A stretch of 64,000 nucleotides of DNA. Source: Candidatus Parcubacteria bacterium (GTDB lineage Bacteria > Patescibacteriota > Minisyncoccia > Phycocordibacterales > JAKAEA01). The stretch is from the NCBI GenBank assembly GCA_963806325.1, contig CAWDXL010000002.1, positions 250 through 64,249 on the forward strand, written 5' to 3'. The notes under the pieces are model-generated. The model did not search any database and was not told where the DNA came from. It was given only the letters and a program-made list of their open reading frames with translations. Shown here piece after piece: positions 1 to 8,097 of this stretch (position 1 is the first letter of the stretch; every line of letters begins with the position of its first letter). A program made the position numbers and the translations under genes.

Positions 1-815
1 TTCATTGCAAAGAGGTGCCCCTCACGAGTTGTTATTTTGAAAAGTTCGTCTTGGAATTTGTCCCAATGCCCGCTCTTTTCGTAAAGTTCTTTTTTTGTAA
101 TATGAGGAATTTCAACTCGTTCATATCCGTATTTAGATCTCATGCTCCATACAAATTCATCCAAAAGATTTCTGAGCATGGCACCTTTAGGTGTCCACAG
201 CGGCAAGCCTGCGCCTACGAGGTCTGAGAATGTAAACAGATCAAGTTCTTTTCCAATTTTTTTATGATCGCGTTTCTTGGCTTCTTCAATAAATGCGAGG
301 TGAGCCTCGAGCTCGGCTTTTGTCGGGAAGGCAAGGCCGTAAATACGCGTCAGCATGGCGTTTTTTTCATTGCCACGCCAATATGCACCAGCGATCCGTT
401 CAAGCCTGAATGACTCAGGCCTTATTTCTCTTGCAGGGTTTTCCACATGGCCGCCGCGGCATAGGTCGATAAAATCTCCGGATTTATATAGAGTGATTTT
501 TTCGCCTTTGCCTGAAATTTCATCAATGAGCTCAAGTTTATACGGATTATTTTTAAATCGGAGCTTGGCATCTTCAAGTGTGACTTCGGTGCGCTCGAAA
601 TTTTTCCAGAGAGGAAGAATCTCTTTCATTTTCGCTTCTATTTCACCAAGTTCTTTTTCTGTAATAGGCGTCTTGAATTCAAAATCATAATAAAAGCCGG
701 TATCGGTAGCGGGACCGATGGTGTTTTTTGTATCTGGATAAAGCTCAATCACGGCTGCTGCCAAAAGGTGGGCAAGCGAGTGGCGAATATGCGCCAATTG
801 TTCATCATTTTTCAT
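1..815 (-). CDS. thrS: threonyl-tRNA synthetase, 5' part (gene runs off left edge of window)
   Basis: Not in ORF track because open-ended. Hand translation of the minus strand from ATG 815-813 gives MKNDEQLAHIRHSLAHLLAAAV...ERIAGAYWRGNEKNAMLTRIYG...GLPLWTPKG, matching ThrRS editing (HxxxH) and class II core regions. Confidence 0.85.
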   Translation of the reverse strand, partial: MKNDEQLAHIRHSLAHLLAAAVIELYPDTKNTIGPATDTGFYYDFEFKTPITEKELGEIEAKMKEILPLWKNFERTEVTLEDAKLRFKNNPYKLELIDEISGKGEKITLYKSGDFIDLCRGGHVENPAREIRPESFRLERIAGAYWRGNEKNAMLTRIYGLAFPTKAELEAHLAFIEEAKKRDHKKIGKELDLFTFSDLVGAGLPLWTPKGAMLRNLLDEFVWSMRSKYGYERVEIPHITKKELYEKSGHWDKFQDELFKITTREGHLFAM

Positions 816-923
816 GATGAGATAATAGCATATTCAGGCTGTTTTTAAAGTTTATTAAAACTTCAGGGGAATTTCATGCTGAGCTTGTAGAATAAAAACA
901 TTAGCAATATAATTGTTGGAATT

Positions 924-1337
924 ATGGAAAAAGAAATTACTCTCCGAGACATAGCAAATCTTATCGTCTTTAATAAGGAAGAACTGAAGAGTCTCATTAC
1001 AGAGAATAGGTTAGAATTATTGGATATTATTACAGAGAATAGATCGGAACTATTAACTGTCATTTCTGACAATAGGTCGGAGCTATTAAACATTATTTCT
1101 GACAATAGGTCTGAACTATTAAATATTATTTCAAAAAATAAAAGGGATGCTGATCAAAAATTTGAAACTATAAATAGAAAATTTGAGGGTATAGATGGAA
1201 GATTTGAAGCAATAGATCAGAGATTCGACTCTTTTGAGCAAAAATTTACTGATCTGACGGATATTCTGGTTAAAAATTTTGATCGCGTGTATGATGAAAT
1301 TGATGAGATGAGAATAGATCTGTGTGCGGTAGAATAA
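924..1337 (+). CDS. hypothetical coiled-coil protein with internal tandem repeats
   Basis: 137-aa ORF. Repeats ITENRLELLD/IITENRSELLTV/ISDNRSELLNI x2 are followed by heptad-like KFETINR/KFEGIDG/RFEAIDQ/RFDSFEQ. No recognisable family. Confidence 0.5.
   Translation: MEKEITLRDIANLIVFNKEELKSLITENRLELLDIITENRSELLTVISDNRSELLNIISDNRSELLNIISKNKRDADQKFETINRKFEGIDGRFEAIDQRFDSFEQKFTDLTDILVKNFDRVYDEIDEMRIDLCAVE
996..1130 (+). repeat. four tandem 33-bp (11-codon) in-frame repeats inside the 924-1337 ORF
   Basis: Units att(a/t)c(a/t)gacaataggtc(g/t)ga(g/a)ctattaaa(c/t)att are directly visible; the last two differ at 3-4 positions. Confidence 0.8.
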
Positions 1338-1367
1338 TAAAGTACAAAAATATCTTGTTAGACTAGG

Positions 1368-4300
1368 TTAGAGTGCTTTCGCTTTCTCGACAACAATAGA
1401 TGGAATGCCATTTCTCATGGAAAGTCTGCCTTTGAGTGCAATACAATTTTCCGGAGTAAAAATAGCTTCATATTCTTTATAGGTGCGCGGAAATGCTACC
1501 GCTTCAATCGATCCGGAGTCATCAGTAATTTTTAAAAACACCATTTTGTCGCCTTTTTTAGTAAGTATCGGACGCACTTCTTCAAGCACCCCATAGGCAA
1601 TAGCGATCATGCCCTCCTTCAATCCTTCCCGCACATCTTTAATGCTAAGCTCTCGCTTAGCCATTTTTTCTTTATGCGTATCGAGCGGATGGCCGGAGAC
1701 ATACAACCCCAAAAGTTCTTTTTCCCAGGCGAGCTTGCTGGCTGCAGGCGCTGCTTCTGCTGGCTTCATACGCAGCGTTGGAAGCGATGATGTATCGCTC
1801 ATGAGATTGAACAGTGAGTCTTGATTATCTGCTGATGATGATTCGCGGCTAAATAAAAGAAGATCGTCGATATTGCCGAGCATTTCTCCGCGTTCGCCGA
1901 GGCTGTCTGCTGCTCCGCACTTAATGAGCGATTCGAGCGCTTTTCTATTCAATCCTTTGCCTTTCATGCGGGTTAAAAATTCAGCGAGGGTAGTAAATTT
2001 CCCCCCTCGCTTGCGTTCGGCAATCAACGCATCAGCAATACCTTCTCCAAAATTTTTGATACTGTAGAGGCCGAAGCGGATGGCATCCTGCTCGCCCTTG
2101 ATGACTGTAAATGTGCCAAAACTTTCATTGATGTCGGGCGCGAGCACGGGGATTTTCATACGCTTGCATTCGGAAATAATTTCCGCCACTTTTTCAATAT
2201 CGCCCGATTCTGCGGTAAGCACGGCGCTCATGTAAATTGCCGGAAAATTGGCTTTCATGTACGACGTTTGATAGGCGACTTTGCCGTAGCTTGCCGCATG
2301 GGCTTTGCCGAATCCGTATGCAGCAAACGGCTCGATAAGCTTCCATAAATGATCGGCATTTTTTTCCGACATGCCATGCGAAATGAGACCTTTGAGCAGC
2401 TTGTCTTTCTCAGCCTGCATGACTTCCGGAATTTTCTTGCCCATGGCTTTTCGAAGCTTGTCGGCTTCAAGCCACGAGTATCCCGCGAGATTGATCGAGG
2501 TGAGCAACACATCGTCTTGATAGACGAGCAGGCCGTGCGACATGCCGAGGTAATTTTTCATGCGCGGATCCAAATATTGTACGAGCTGTGGATTGTGTTT
2601 GCGCTCAATATATTGAGGAATAGATTCCATCGGGCCCGGGCGGTAGAGCGCCACCATAGCATTGATATCATGAATGGTTGACGGCTGAAGATCTTTCAAA
2701 AACTTCGTCATGCCAGAGCCGTTGAGCTGGAAGAGTCCGATTGTTTCGCCGCGCGCGAGCATTTTAAATGTCCTCTTGTCATCAAGCGGAACGTTTTCAA
2801 TATCAACATCAATATTGTCTATTTGTTTTACGAGGCGTACCGCGTCGGCAAGAATCGAGAGGTTGCGAATACCGAGAAAATCAAATTTAAGAAGACCGGC
2901 ATTGTCCTCGCCGACGGCATGCATGTCGTATTGGGTAATGATCTTACCTTCACCTTTAGGATCGAGCTGAAGCGGTACGACATCGGTGAGCGGCACGGGA
3001 GAAATGACGACACCGGCAGCATGGACGGAAATGTGTCGCGCGCAGCCCTCAACTTTTTTTGCCATGTTGATAATCTCTCTCGCCTCGCTTTCTTTGTCGT
3101 ATATTTGCTTGAGCTCAGGTTCTAATTCAAGCGCGTGGTCGATCGTCATGGCAGAGCCTTGCGAACCCATCGGTATCAATTTTGAAATTCTGTCGCCGGT
3201 AGCGTAAGGATATCCAAGCGCACGGGCTGTGTCGCGCACGGCGCCGCGCGCCATCATCGTTCCGAACGTGCCGATTTGGGCAACCTTGTCGAGGCCGTAT
3301 TTTTGCTTGGCGTATTCGATCATCTGATCGCGGCGGTTGTCGGCATAATCCATATCGATATCGGGAGCGGAGGGGCGCTCGGGATTGAGAAATCGCTCGA
3401 ACGGAATGTTGTATTCCAGCGGATTGACGTTGGTAATGCCCGCGAGGTAGGTGACGAGCGATCCTGCCACGGAGCCTCTAATGGTGGTGAGAATGCCATT
3501 GTCGTGGGCATAATGCAGGAGATCGGCAACGACAAGGAAATAGGCAGAGTAGCCTTTGGTTTTGATAATGCCGAGTTCGTATTCCATGCGCTCGGTCATT
3601 GCTGAAGTGACTTCAATCTTTTTTTTCTTGATGCCTGTATTTACAAGATCACGGAGCATATCATCGTGATTTTTGCCAGGCTCAACAGGATAATTTGGAA
3701 ATTTCCATTTGCCGAGTTCGAGCTCAAGATTGCATTTGTTGACAATCTCTTGGATATTATTAAGGGCGTCGGGCGTATTTTTAAAGCTTTCTTCTGCCTG
3801 CTCCGGAGAAATAAATGAAAAATTTTCCTCGGCATCGTCGTAGCTCCGTTCGCTGTAGTCGGTACTCGACTGGATCGAAAGCAACACTTCTCGAGCGCCG
3901 CGGTCATCGGGCTCGAGATAATATACGTCGTGCGCCGCTACGAGCTTTGTGTGCGTCTCGCGGGCGAGAGCGATTATTTCATCCACAAGCTCCTCATGGC
4001 TTCCCATTTCCGGATGGTGGGTAATTTCAAGATAAAAATCATCGCCGAAAAGTTTTTTGTAAAAGGCAACGAGCTCGAGCGCCTGCTCCCTGTTTTTATT
4101 CTTAAGTGCCTGGCTGATTTCTCCGGCAAAAGCCGGCATGATGCATACAAGATCTTCAAAATATTTGCTGAGCAGCTCTTTGTCGATTCGGGGCTTGTAG
4201 TAGAAGCCGTCGAGGTAGCCTGCCGTGACGAGCTTAATCAGGTTTTTATAGCCGTTCGCATTTTTGGCAAACAACACGAGGCGGGTGCGGCGGTTGTCGA

Positions 4301-4547
4301 CGCCCGATTGCTTGTCGAAACGCGTGCGCAGAGCCATATATGCGTCCACGCCGACAATCGGCTTGATGCCGTGTTTCTTACATTCTTTGTAAAACTCAAT
4401 AGCCCCATACAGATTGCTATTGTCGGTCAATCCGAGCGCTTTAAGGCCGTGGCTCTCAGCTTTTTTAATGAGAGCGGGGATCTGAGGCAGCGCGCTTAAA
4501 AGGCTATAGTGCGAGTGGACGTGGAGATGGGTGAATCGGGGAGGCAT
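1368..4547 (-). CDS. dnaE: DNA polymerase III alpha subunit
   Basis: 1059-aa ORF with N-terminal PHP motif HLHVHSHYSLL, polymerase core and C-terminal OB region. Confidence 0.95.
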   Translation of the reverse strand: MPPRFTHLHVHSHYSLLSALPQIPALIKKAESHGLKALGLTDNSNLYGAIEFYKECKKHGIKPIVGVDAYMALRTRFDKQSGVDNRRTRLVLFAKNANGYKNLIKLVTAGYLDGFYYKPRIDKELLSKYFEDLVCIMPAFAGEISQALKNKNREQALELVAFYKKLFGDDFYLEITHHPEMGSHEELVDEIIALARETHTKLVAAHDVYYLEPDDRGAREVLLSIQSSTDYSERSYDDAEENFSFISPEQAEESFKNTPDALNNIQEIVNKCNLELELGKWKFPNYPVEPGKNHDDMLRDLVNTGIKKKKIEVTSAMTERMEYELGIIKTKGYSAYFLVVADLLHYAHDNGILTTIRGSVAGSLVTYLAGITNVNPLEYNIPFERFLNPERPSAPDIDMDYADNRRDQMIEYAKQKYGLDKVAQIGTFGTMMARGAVRDTARALGYPYATGDRISKLIPMGSQGSAMTIDHALELEPELKQIYDKESEAREIINMAKKVEGCARHISVHAAGVVISPVPLTDVVPLQLDPKGEGKIITQYDMHAVGEDNAGLLKFDFLGIRNLSILADAVRLVKQIDNIDVDIENVPLDDKRTFKMLARGETIGLFQLNGSGMTKFLKDLQPSTIHDINAMVALYRPGPMESIPQYIERKHNPQLVQYLDPRMKNYLGMSHGLLVYQDDVLLTSINLAGYSWLEADKLRKAMGKKIPEVMQAEKDKLLKGLISHGMSEKNADHLWKLIEPFAAYGFGKAHAASYGKVAYQTSYMKANFPAIYMSAVLTAESGDIEKVAEIISECKRMKIPVLAPDINESFGTFTVIKGEQDAIRFGLYSIKNFGEGIADALIAERKRGGKFTTLAEFLTRMKGKGLNRKALESLIKCGAADSLGERGEMLGNIDDLLLFSRESSSADNQDSLFNLMSDTSSLPTLRMKPAEAAPAASKLAWEKELLGLYVSGHPLDTHKEKMAKRELSIKDVREGLKEGMIAIAYGVLEEVRPILTKKGDKMVFLKITDDSGSIEAVAFPRTYKEYEAIFTPENCIALKGRLSMRNGIPSIVVEKAKAL

Positions 4548-4591
4548 AAGTATCGTGATTATAACAGAAGCTTGATGTACTATACACTTAC

Positions 4592-5227
4592 ATGTCTATA
4601 AAATTTATTGTTGGAATAGATGAAGCCGGCCGTGGGCCGCTTGCGGGCCCGGTGGCTGTGGGAGCTGTTATTATCTCTAAAGATATTTTAAAAACAAAAC
4701 TCAATGAAATTTTAAAAGAAATAAAGGGAAAAGATTCAAAAAAACTTTCGCATGCAGCGCGCGAGCTGTGGTTTGAAAAAATAAAGCTCTGGAAGAAAGA
4801 AAAAAATCTCGATTTTCATGTGGCACTTGTGAGTGAAAAAATAATCGATAAAAAAGGAATTTCTTACGCAATAAAAAAGGGGATTGAAGAGTGTTTAAAA
4901 AAACTTGACGCGTACTCTAAGGCAGATACGTATGAAATTGAAATTAAGTTGGACGGATCGCTCAAAGCTCCATCTCATTTTTCAAACCAGAAAACAATAA
5001 TAAAAGGCGATGAAAAAATCCCGGTGATCAGCCTTGCTTCTATTTGCGCAAAAGTGACGCGTGACCGGTATGTGCAAAAAATTTCCAGGAAATATCCGGA
5101 ATATTTGTTGGAAATTCATAAAGGTTATGGCACAAAAATGCATAGGAATGCTATCAAAAAATTCGGCATCTCGGCCATACACAGAGTTACATTTTGCAAA
5201 AATATCGCTGTAAATAAGGGTTTTTAA
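4592..5227 (+). CDS. rnhB: ribonuclease HII
   Basis: 211 aa with GIDEAGRGPLAGPV active-site motif. Confidence 0.9.
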   Translation: MSIKFIVGIDEAGRGPLAGPVAVGAVIISKDILKTKLNEILKEIKGKDSKKLSHAARELWFEKIKLWKKEKNLDFHVALVSEKIIDKKGISYAIKKGIEECLKKLDAYSKADTYEIEIKLDGSLKAPSHFSNQKTIIKGDEKIPVISLASICAKVTRDRYVQKISRKYPEYLLEIHKGYGTKMHRNAIKKFGISAIHRVTFCKNIAVNKGF

Positions 5228-5241
5228 GGTAATATAAATAC

Positions 5242-5270
5242 TTGCTTTTATAATTTATTCATGGTATAAT
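5242..5270 (+). promoter_or_regulatory. candidate sigma-70 promoter (TTGCTT-17-TATAAT)
   Basis: TTGCTT at 5242-5247, 17-nt spacer, TATAAT at 5265-5270, upstream of the 5349 ORF. Confidence 0.4.
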
Positions 5271-5348
5271 CATGACCAGAATAAGGTTGCCGTGTGGCCA
5301 CCTTTCAAACTCGTTCGTTGAGAAAACTTTTTGGAAAGGTTGGCACAT

Positions 5349-5978
5349 ATGCCGCAAGCTCATAAACAACTGCTGTTTGGTAGTGACGAGGAAGATTTCT
5401 CGGGTGTTATTGTTTACGATATAAGAAATCAAGATTTAATAGTCCTGCTTCAGGACTATTACAAAGTCCAAAAACCTCCGGATTATAGGGACGGCTGGCG
5501 GCCAAAAAACATGCAGCCCCAGATCAAGTTCCCGGGTGGTAAGCATAGTGAGGGCGACAAGAATGCCTACTACACTGCCGCCCATGAACTTGAACAAGAG
5601 ACAAATCTCTGCGTCTGGGATTCTGAGTTCCCGGACGATCCTGATCAGATTGCAATGCTTAATAATCTGATTCATGTGTACACCTTCGAAAAGGTTCCGG
5701 GCCGGCATAATCAGCATTTCTTTGCTGTCAGATACGATGAGTTGCTTGATGTTCCGGAACGGAAGGGTGACATATGGGAAAACGACGAAGAGTTCCTCAT
5801 TGAACCTCGTTGGGTCATGGCTAGTCGAGCCATGCAAATTCTCTTTAGGACTCACCGGCCAGCACTCGAGCATATGATAACAGTGCTCAGTTCTCAGCAG
5901 GACGGGGTGTACGACAAGGATGTACGCTATGCTGCTCGGCGTGATCCAAATCTTGCCAGGTTCCTTGCCGATCGGTAA
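5349..5978 (+). CDS. Nudix-like hydrolase (degenerate Nudix box)
   Basis: ORF track start is 5331 (TTG); ATG at 5349 preferred. GGKHSEGDKNAYYTAAHELEQETNL resembles GX5EX7REUXEEXGU but several positions deviate. Confidence 0.5.
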   Translation: MPQAHKQLLFGSDEEDFSGVIVYDIRNQDLIVLLQDYYKVQKPPDYRDGWRPKNMQPQIKFPGGKHSEGDKNAYYTAAHELEQETNLCVWDSEFPDDPDQIAMLNNLIHVYTFEKVPGRHNQHFFAVRYDELLDVPERKGDIWENDEEFLIEPRWVMASRAMQILFRTHRPALEHMITVLSSQQDGVYDKDVRYAARRDPNLARFLADR

Positions 5979-6050
5979 CTCAAACTCTTTAGAGGTTTGA
6001 GAAAATAAGCGGCGGAATGCATTCACATGCGTCCGCTGCTTTTTCATATA

Positions 6051-6083
6051 CCACCCCGGCCCCTCCTTAGAAAAGGAGGGGAG
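6051..6083. repeat. GC-rich palindromic element, copy 1 (intergenic)
   Basis: CACCCC box then hairpin CCCCTCC(6060-6066)-ttagaaaa-GGAGGGG(6075-6081). Confidence 0.75.
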
Positions 6084-6094
6084 AACACAAGCAG

Positions 6095-6123
6095 TTGATT
6101 ATTTTCACGGCTTAGGCTATAGT
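6095..6123 (+). promoter_or_regulatory. candidate promoter TTGATT-17-TATAGT directly abutting the rpmF start
   Basis: TTGATT 6095-6100, TATAGT 6118-6123. The rpmF ATG at 6132 lies only 8 nt downstream of the -10. Confidence 0.4.
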
Positions 6124-6131
6124 GTGCAAAT

Positions 6132-6392
6132 ATGGTCAATCACATGCGACATACCCGGTCACACACCGGCAATAGACGGTCTCACCACGCTCTCAAAGAG
6201 CAGAATATTTCTCTGTGTCCGGAATGCGGGGCAGCTCGAGTAAATCACACGATGTGTGTTAATTGCGGCAAATATAACGGCCGAACTGTTGTGGATGTCG
6301 TAGCTGCGATTGCTAAGAAAGAACAGAAAATAAAAGATCGAAACAAGGCCTTGGGTGCTGCCGCAGAGCCAGCCGGAGCTGCAGCAAAGTAA
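6132..6392 (+). CDS. rpmF: 50S ribosomal protein L32
   Basis: MRHTRSHTGNRRSHHAL motif and CPxCG...CxxCG zinc-ribbon pattern. Confidence 0.85.
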   Translation: MVNHMRHTRSHTGNRRSHHALKEQNISLCPECGAARVNHTMCVNCGKYNGRTVVDVVAAIAKKEQKIKDRNKALGAAAEPAGAAAK

Positions 6393-6459
6393 GGTAGTTC
6401 CGGGCGTAAAGGAGAGGTATTATCGTATAAATATGAGTGCGTTATAAACACTCGCCATT

Positions 6460-7365
6460 ATGGCAAATAGGCACCTTTCAAGATCAATAGTTCTTCAATC
6501 TCTCTACGAATGGGATTTTGGCAAAAAAAGCACCGACGAGGCGTTTGATATTTTCAAACGAAACGCCGCGGAATTTTCCGCCGGTGAAGCCGATGGTCCG
6601 TTTATGGAAAAGCTTTTGCGCAACGTCCTCGCCAAACAGCGGGAGCTCGATAATATTATCGTGAAAGCTGCGCCCGACTGGCCGCTCGAAAAAATTTCTC
6701 CTATCGACCGCAATATTCTTCGTATTGGCTTGTATGAGCTCCTTTTTTCTGACCGGAAGGAAGTGCCGGCGAAGGTAGCGATCAACGAAGCAATAGAACT
6801 CGCAAAAAATTACGGCGGCGATACATCAGGCAAATTTATCAACGGCGTCTTGGGCGCTGTGTACAAAGAAATCGGCGAGCCGGGGAAAAACGAATCTTCA
6901 AAAAAGAAAATGAAGAATGTTCCTGATAAAGATCTGCCGATCCAGCATTTAGGCGGCGCTGTGGTGTATGCAAGAGTCGGAGATGATGTGTATCTTGCTC
7001 TTGTTCATGATATTTTTGGACACTGGACGCTTTCTAAGGGAAAAATTGAAGAAGGTGAGAAGGTTGAAGATGGTATGCTCCGAGAAATCCGCGAAGAGCT
7101 TGGCCTTTCAAAGCTTACCGTCCGCGATACCTTAAACGAAAATACCTATATTGCGTTTAGTCCTGAGACCGGCAAAAAGAAAAAGCACGTTACTTATTTT
7201 CTTGTTGAATCGCCATACATTGATCTTGTGCCGGAGCAGAAAGGTGGGCTCGATGACGCGAAATGGTTTCGTCTCCGAGATATTCTCGAGCTCAATTTCT
7301 ACAACGATATTCTCCCGATTGTTACCAAAGCTATAAATATTATTCTTTCACAGAAGACTTCGTGA
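6460..7365 (+). CDS. nusB: NusB antitermination factor fused to a C-terminal Nudix hydrolase domain
   Basis: N-terminal roughly 140 aa is NusB-like (RSIVLQSLYEWDF...AINEAIELAKNYG). The C-terminus carries a canonical Nudix box GKIEEGEKVEDGMLREIREELGL. Confidence 0.85.
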   Translation: MANRHLSRSIVLQSLYEWDFGKKSTDEAFDIFKRNAAEFSAGEADGPFMEKLLRNVLAKQRELDNIIVKAAPDWPLEKISPIDRNILRIGLYELLFSDRKEVPAKVAINEAIELAKNYGGDTSGKFINGVLGAVYKEIGEPGKNESSKKKMKNVPDKDLPIQHLGGAVVYARVGDDVYLALVHDIFGHWTLSKGKIEEGEKVEDGMLREIREELGLSKLTVRDTLNENTYIAFSPETGKKKKHVTYFLVESPYIDLVPEQKGGLDDAKWFRLRDILELNFYNDILPIVTKAINIILSQKTS

Positions 7366-8057
7366 CCAAAGATTTCTCACTATTTGAAAAAAGTATAGGC
7401 ATTGTTTTTAAAAATAAAGACCTTCTTCGCCATGCCTTTACCCATCGTTCGTTTATTAATGAAAATAAAGGGCAAATTCGAGAGCACAATGAACGCTTGG
7501 AATTTTTGGGCGACGCGGTGCTTGAGCTCATTGTTACCGATTATCTCTTCAATAAATATCCGGAAAAAACAGAAGGTGACCTCACGTCATACCGATCGGC
7601 ATTAGTAAATTCAACAACACTCGCGGCGCTGGCTACGGAGCTCGGTATGAATGATTTTCTTTTGCTGTCTCACGGCGAATCAAAAGATACCGGCCGGGCT
7701 CGCGTGTATATTCTTGCCAATACGTTTGAAGCATTTCTTGGCGCGCTCTACATTGACCAGGGTTATGACGCTGCCAAAAAATTTACCGCTCAGCACGTCT
7801 TTCCTCTTACCGACAATATTGTTGAAAAGGGTTTGTGGATGGATGCAAAATCACGCTTCCAAGAGCTTGCTCAGGAAAAAATAGGCAGCACGCCGATATA
7901 CAAGACCATCAAAGAAACTGGACCTGACCACGACAAAGAATTTACCGTCGGCGTGTATATCGGCAAAGATCTTGCCGCTACCGGCGAAGGCCGTTCAAAG
8001 CAGGAAGCCGAGCAGGATGCTGCGCGCAAGGGCTTGCGGGAAAAACAGTGGATATAA
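7362..8057 (+). CDS. rnc: ribonuclease III
   Basis: ERLEFLGDAVLELIV signature and C-terminal dsRBD. The likely GTG start at 7362 overlaps the nusB stop (GTGA); the ORF-track start at 7263 lies inside nusB. Confidence 0.9.
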   Translation: MTKDFSLFEKSIGIVFKNKDLLRHAFTHRSFINENKGQIREHNERLEFLGDAVLELIVTDYLFNKYPEKTEGDLTSYRSALVNSTTLAALATELGMNDFLLLSHGESKDTGRARVYILANTFEAFLGALYIDQGYDAAKKFTAQHVFPLTDNIVEKGLWMDAKSRFQELAQEKIGSTPIYKTIKETGPDHDKEFTVGVYIGKDLAATGEGRSKQEAEQDAARKGLREKQWI

Positions 8058-8097
8058 GCCTCTCCTTATCGCTGAAAATTTGTTATAGTGAGGGCAC

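Noticed and set aside
996-1130. Regularly spaced 33-bp repeats that at first glance resemble a short CRISPR array
   Set aside because: The repeats are contiguous with no spacers, lie in frame inside a 137-aa ORF and encode an 11-residue peptide repeat. No cas genes are present in the window.
5436-6047. 203-aa ORF on the minus strand
   Set aside because: It is antisense to the Nudix-like gene, which has the promoter, a plausible start and the recognisable motif. The minus ORF has no motif and runs into the palindromic element.
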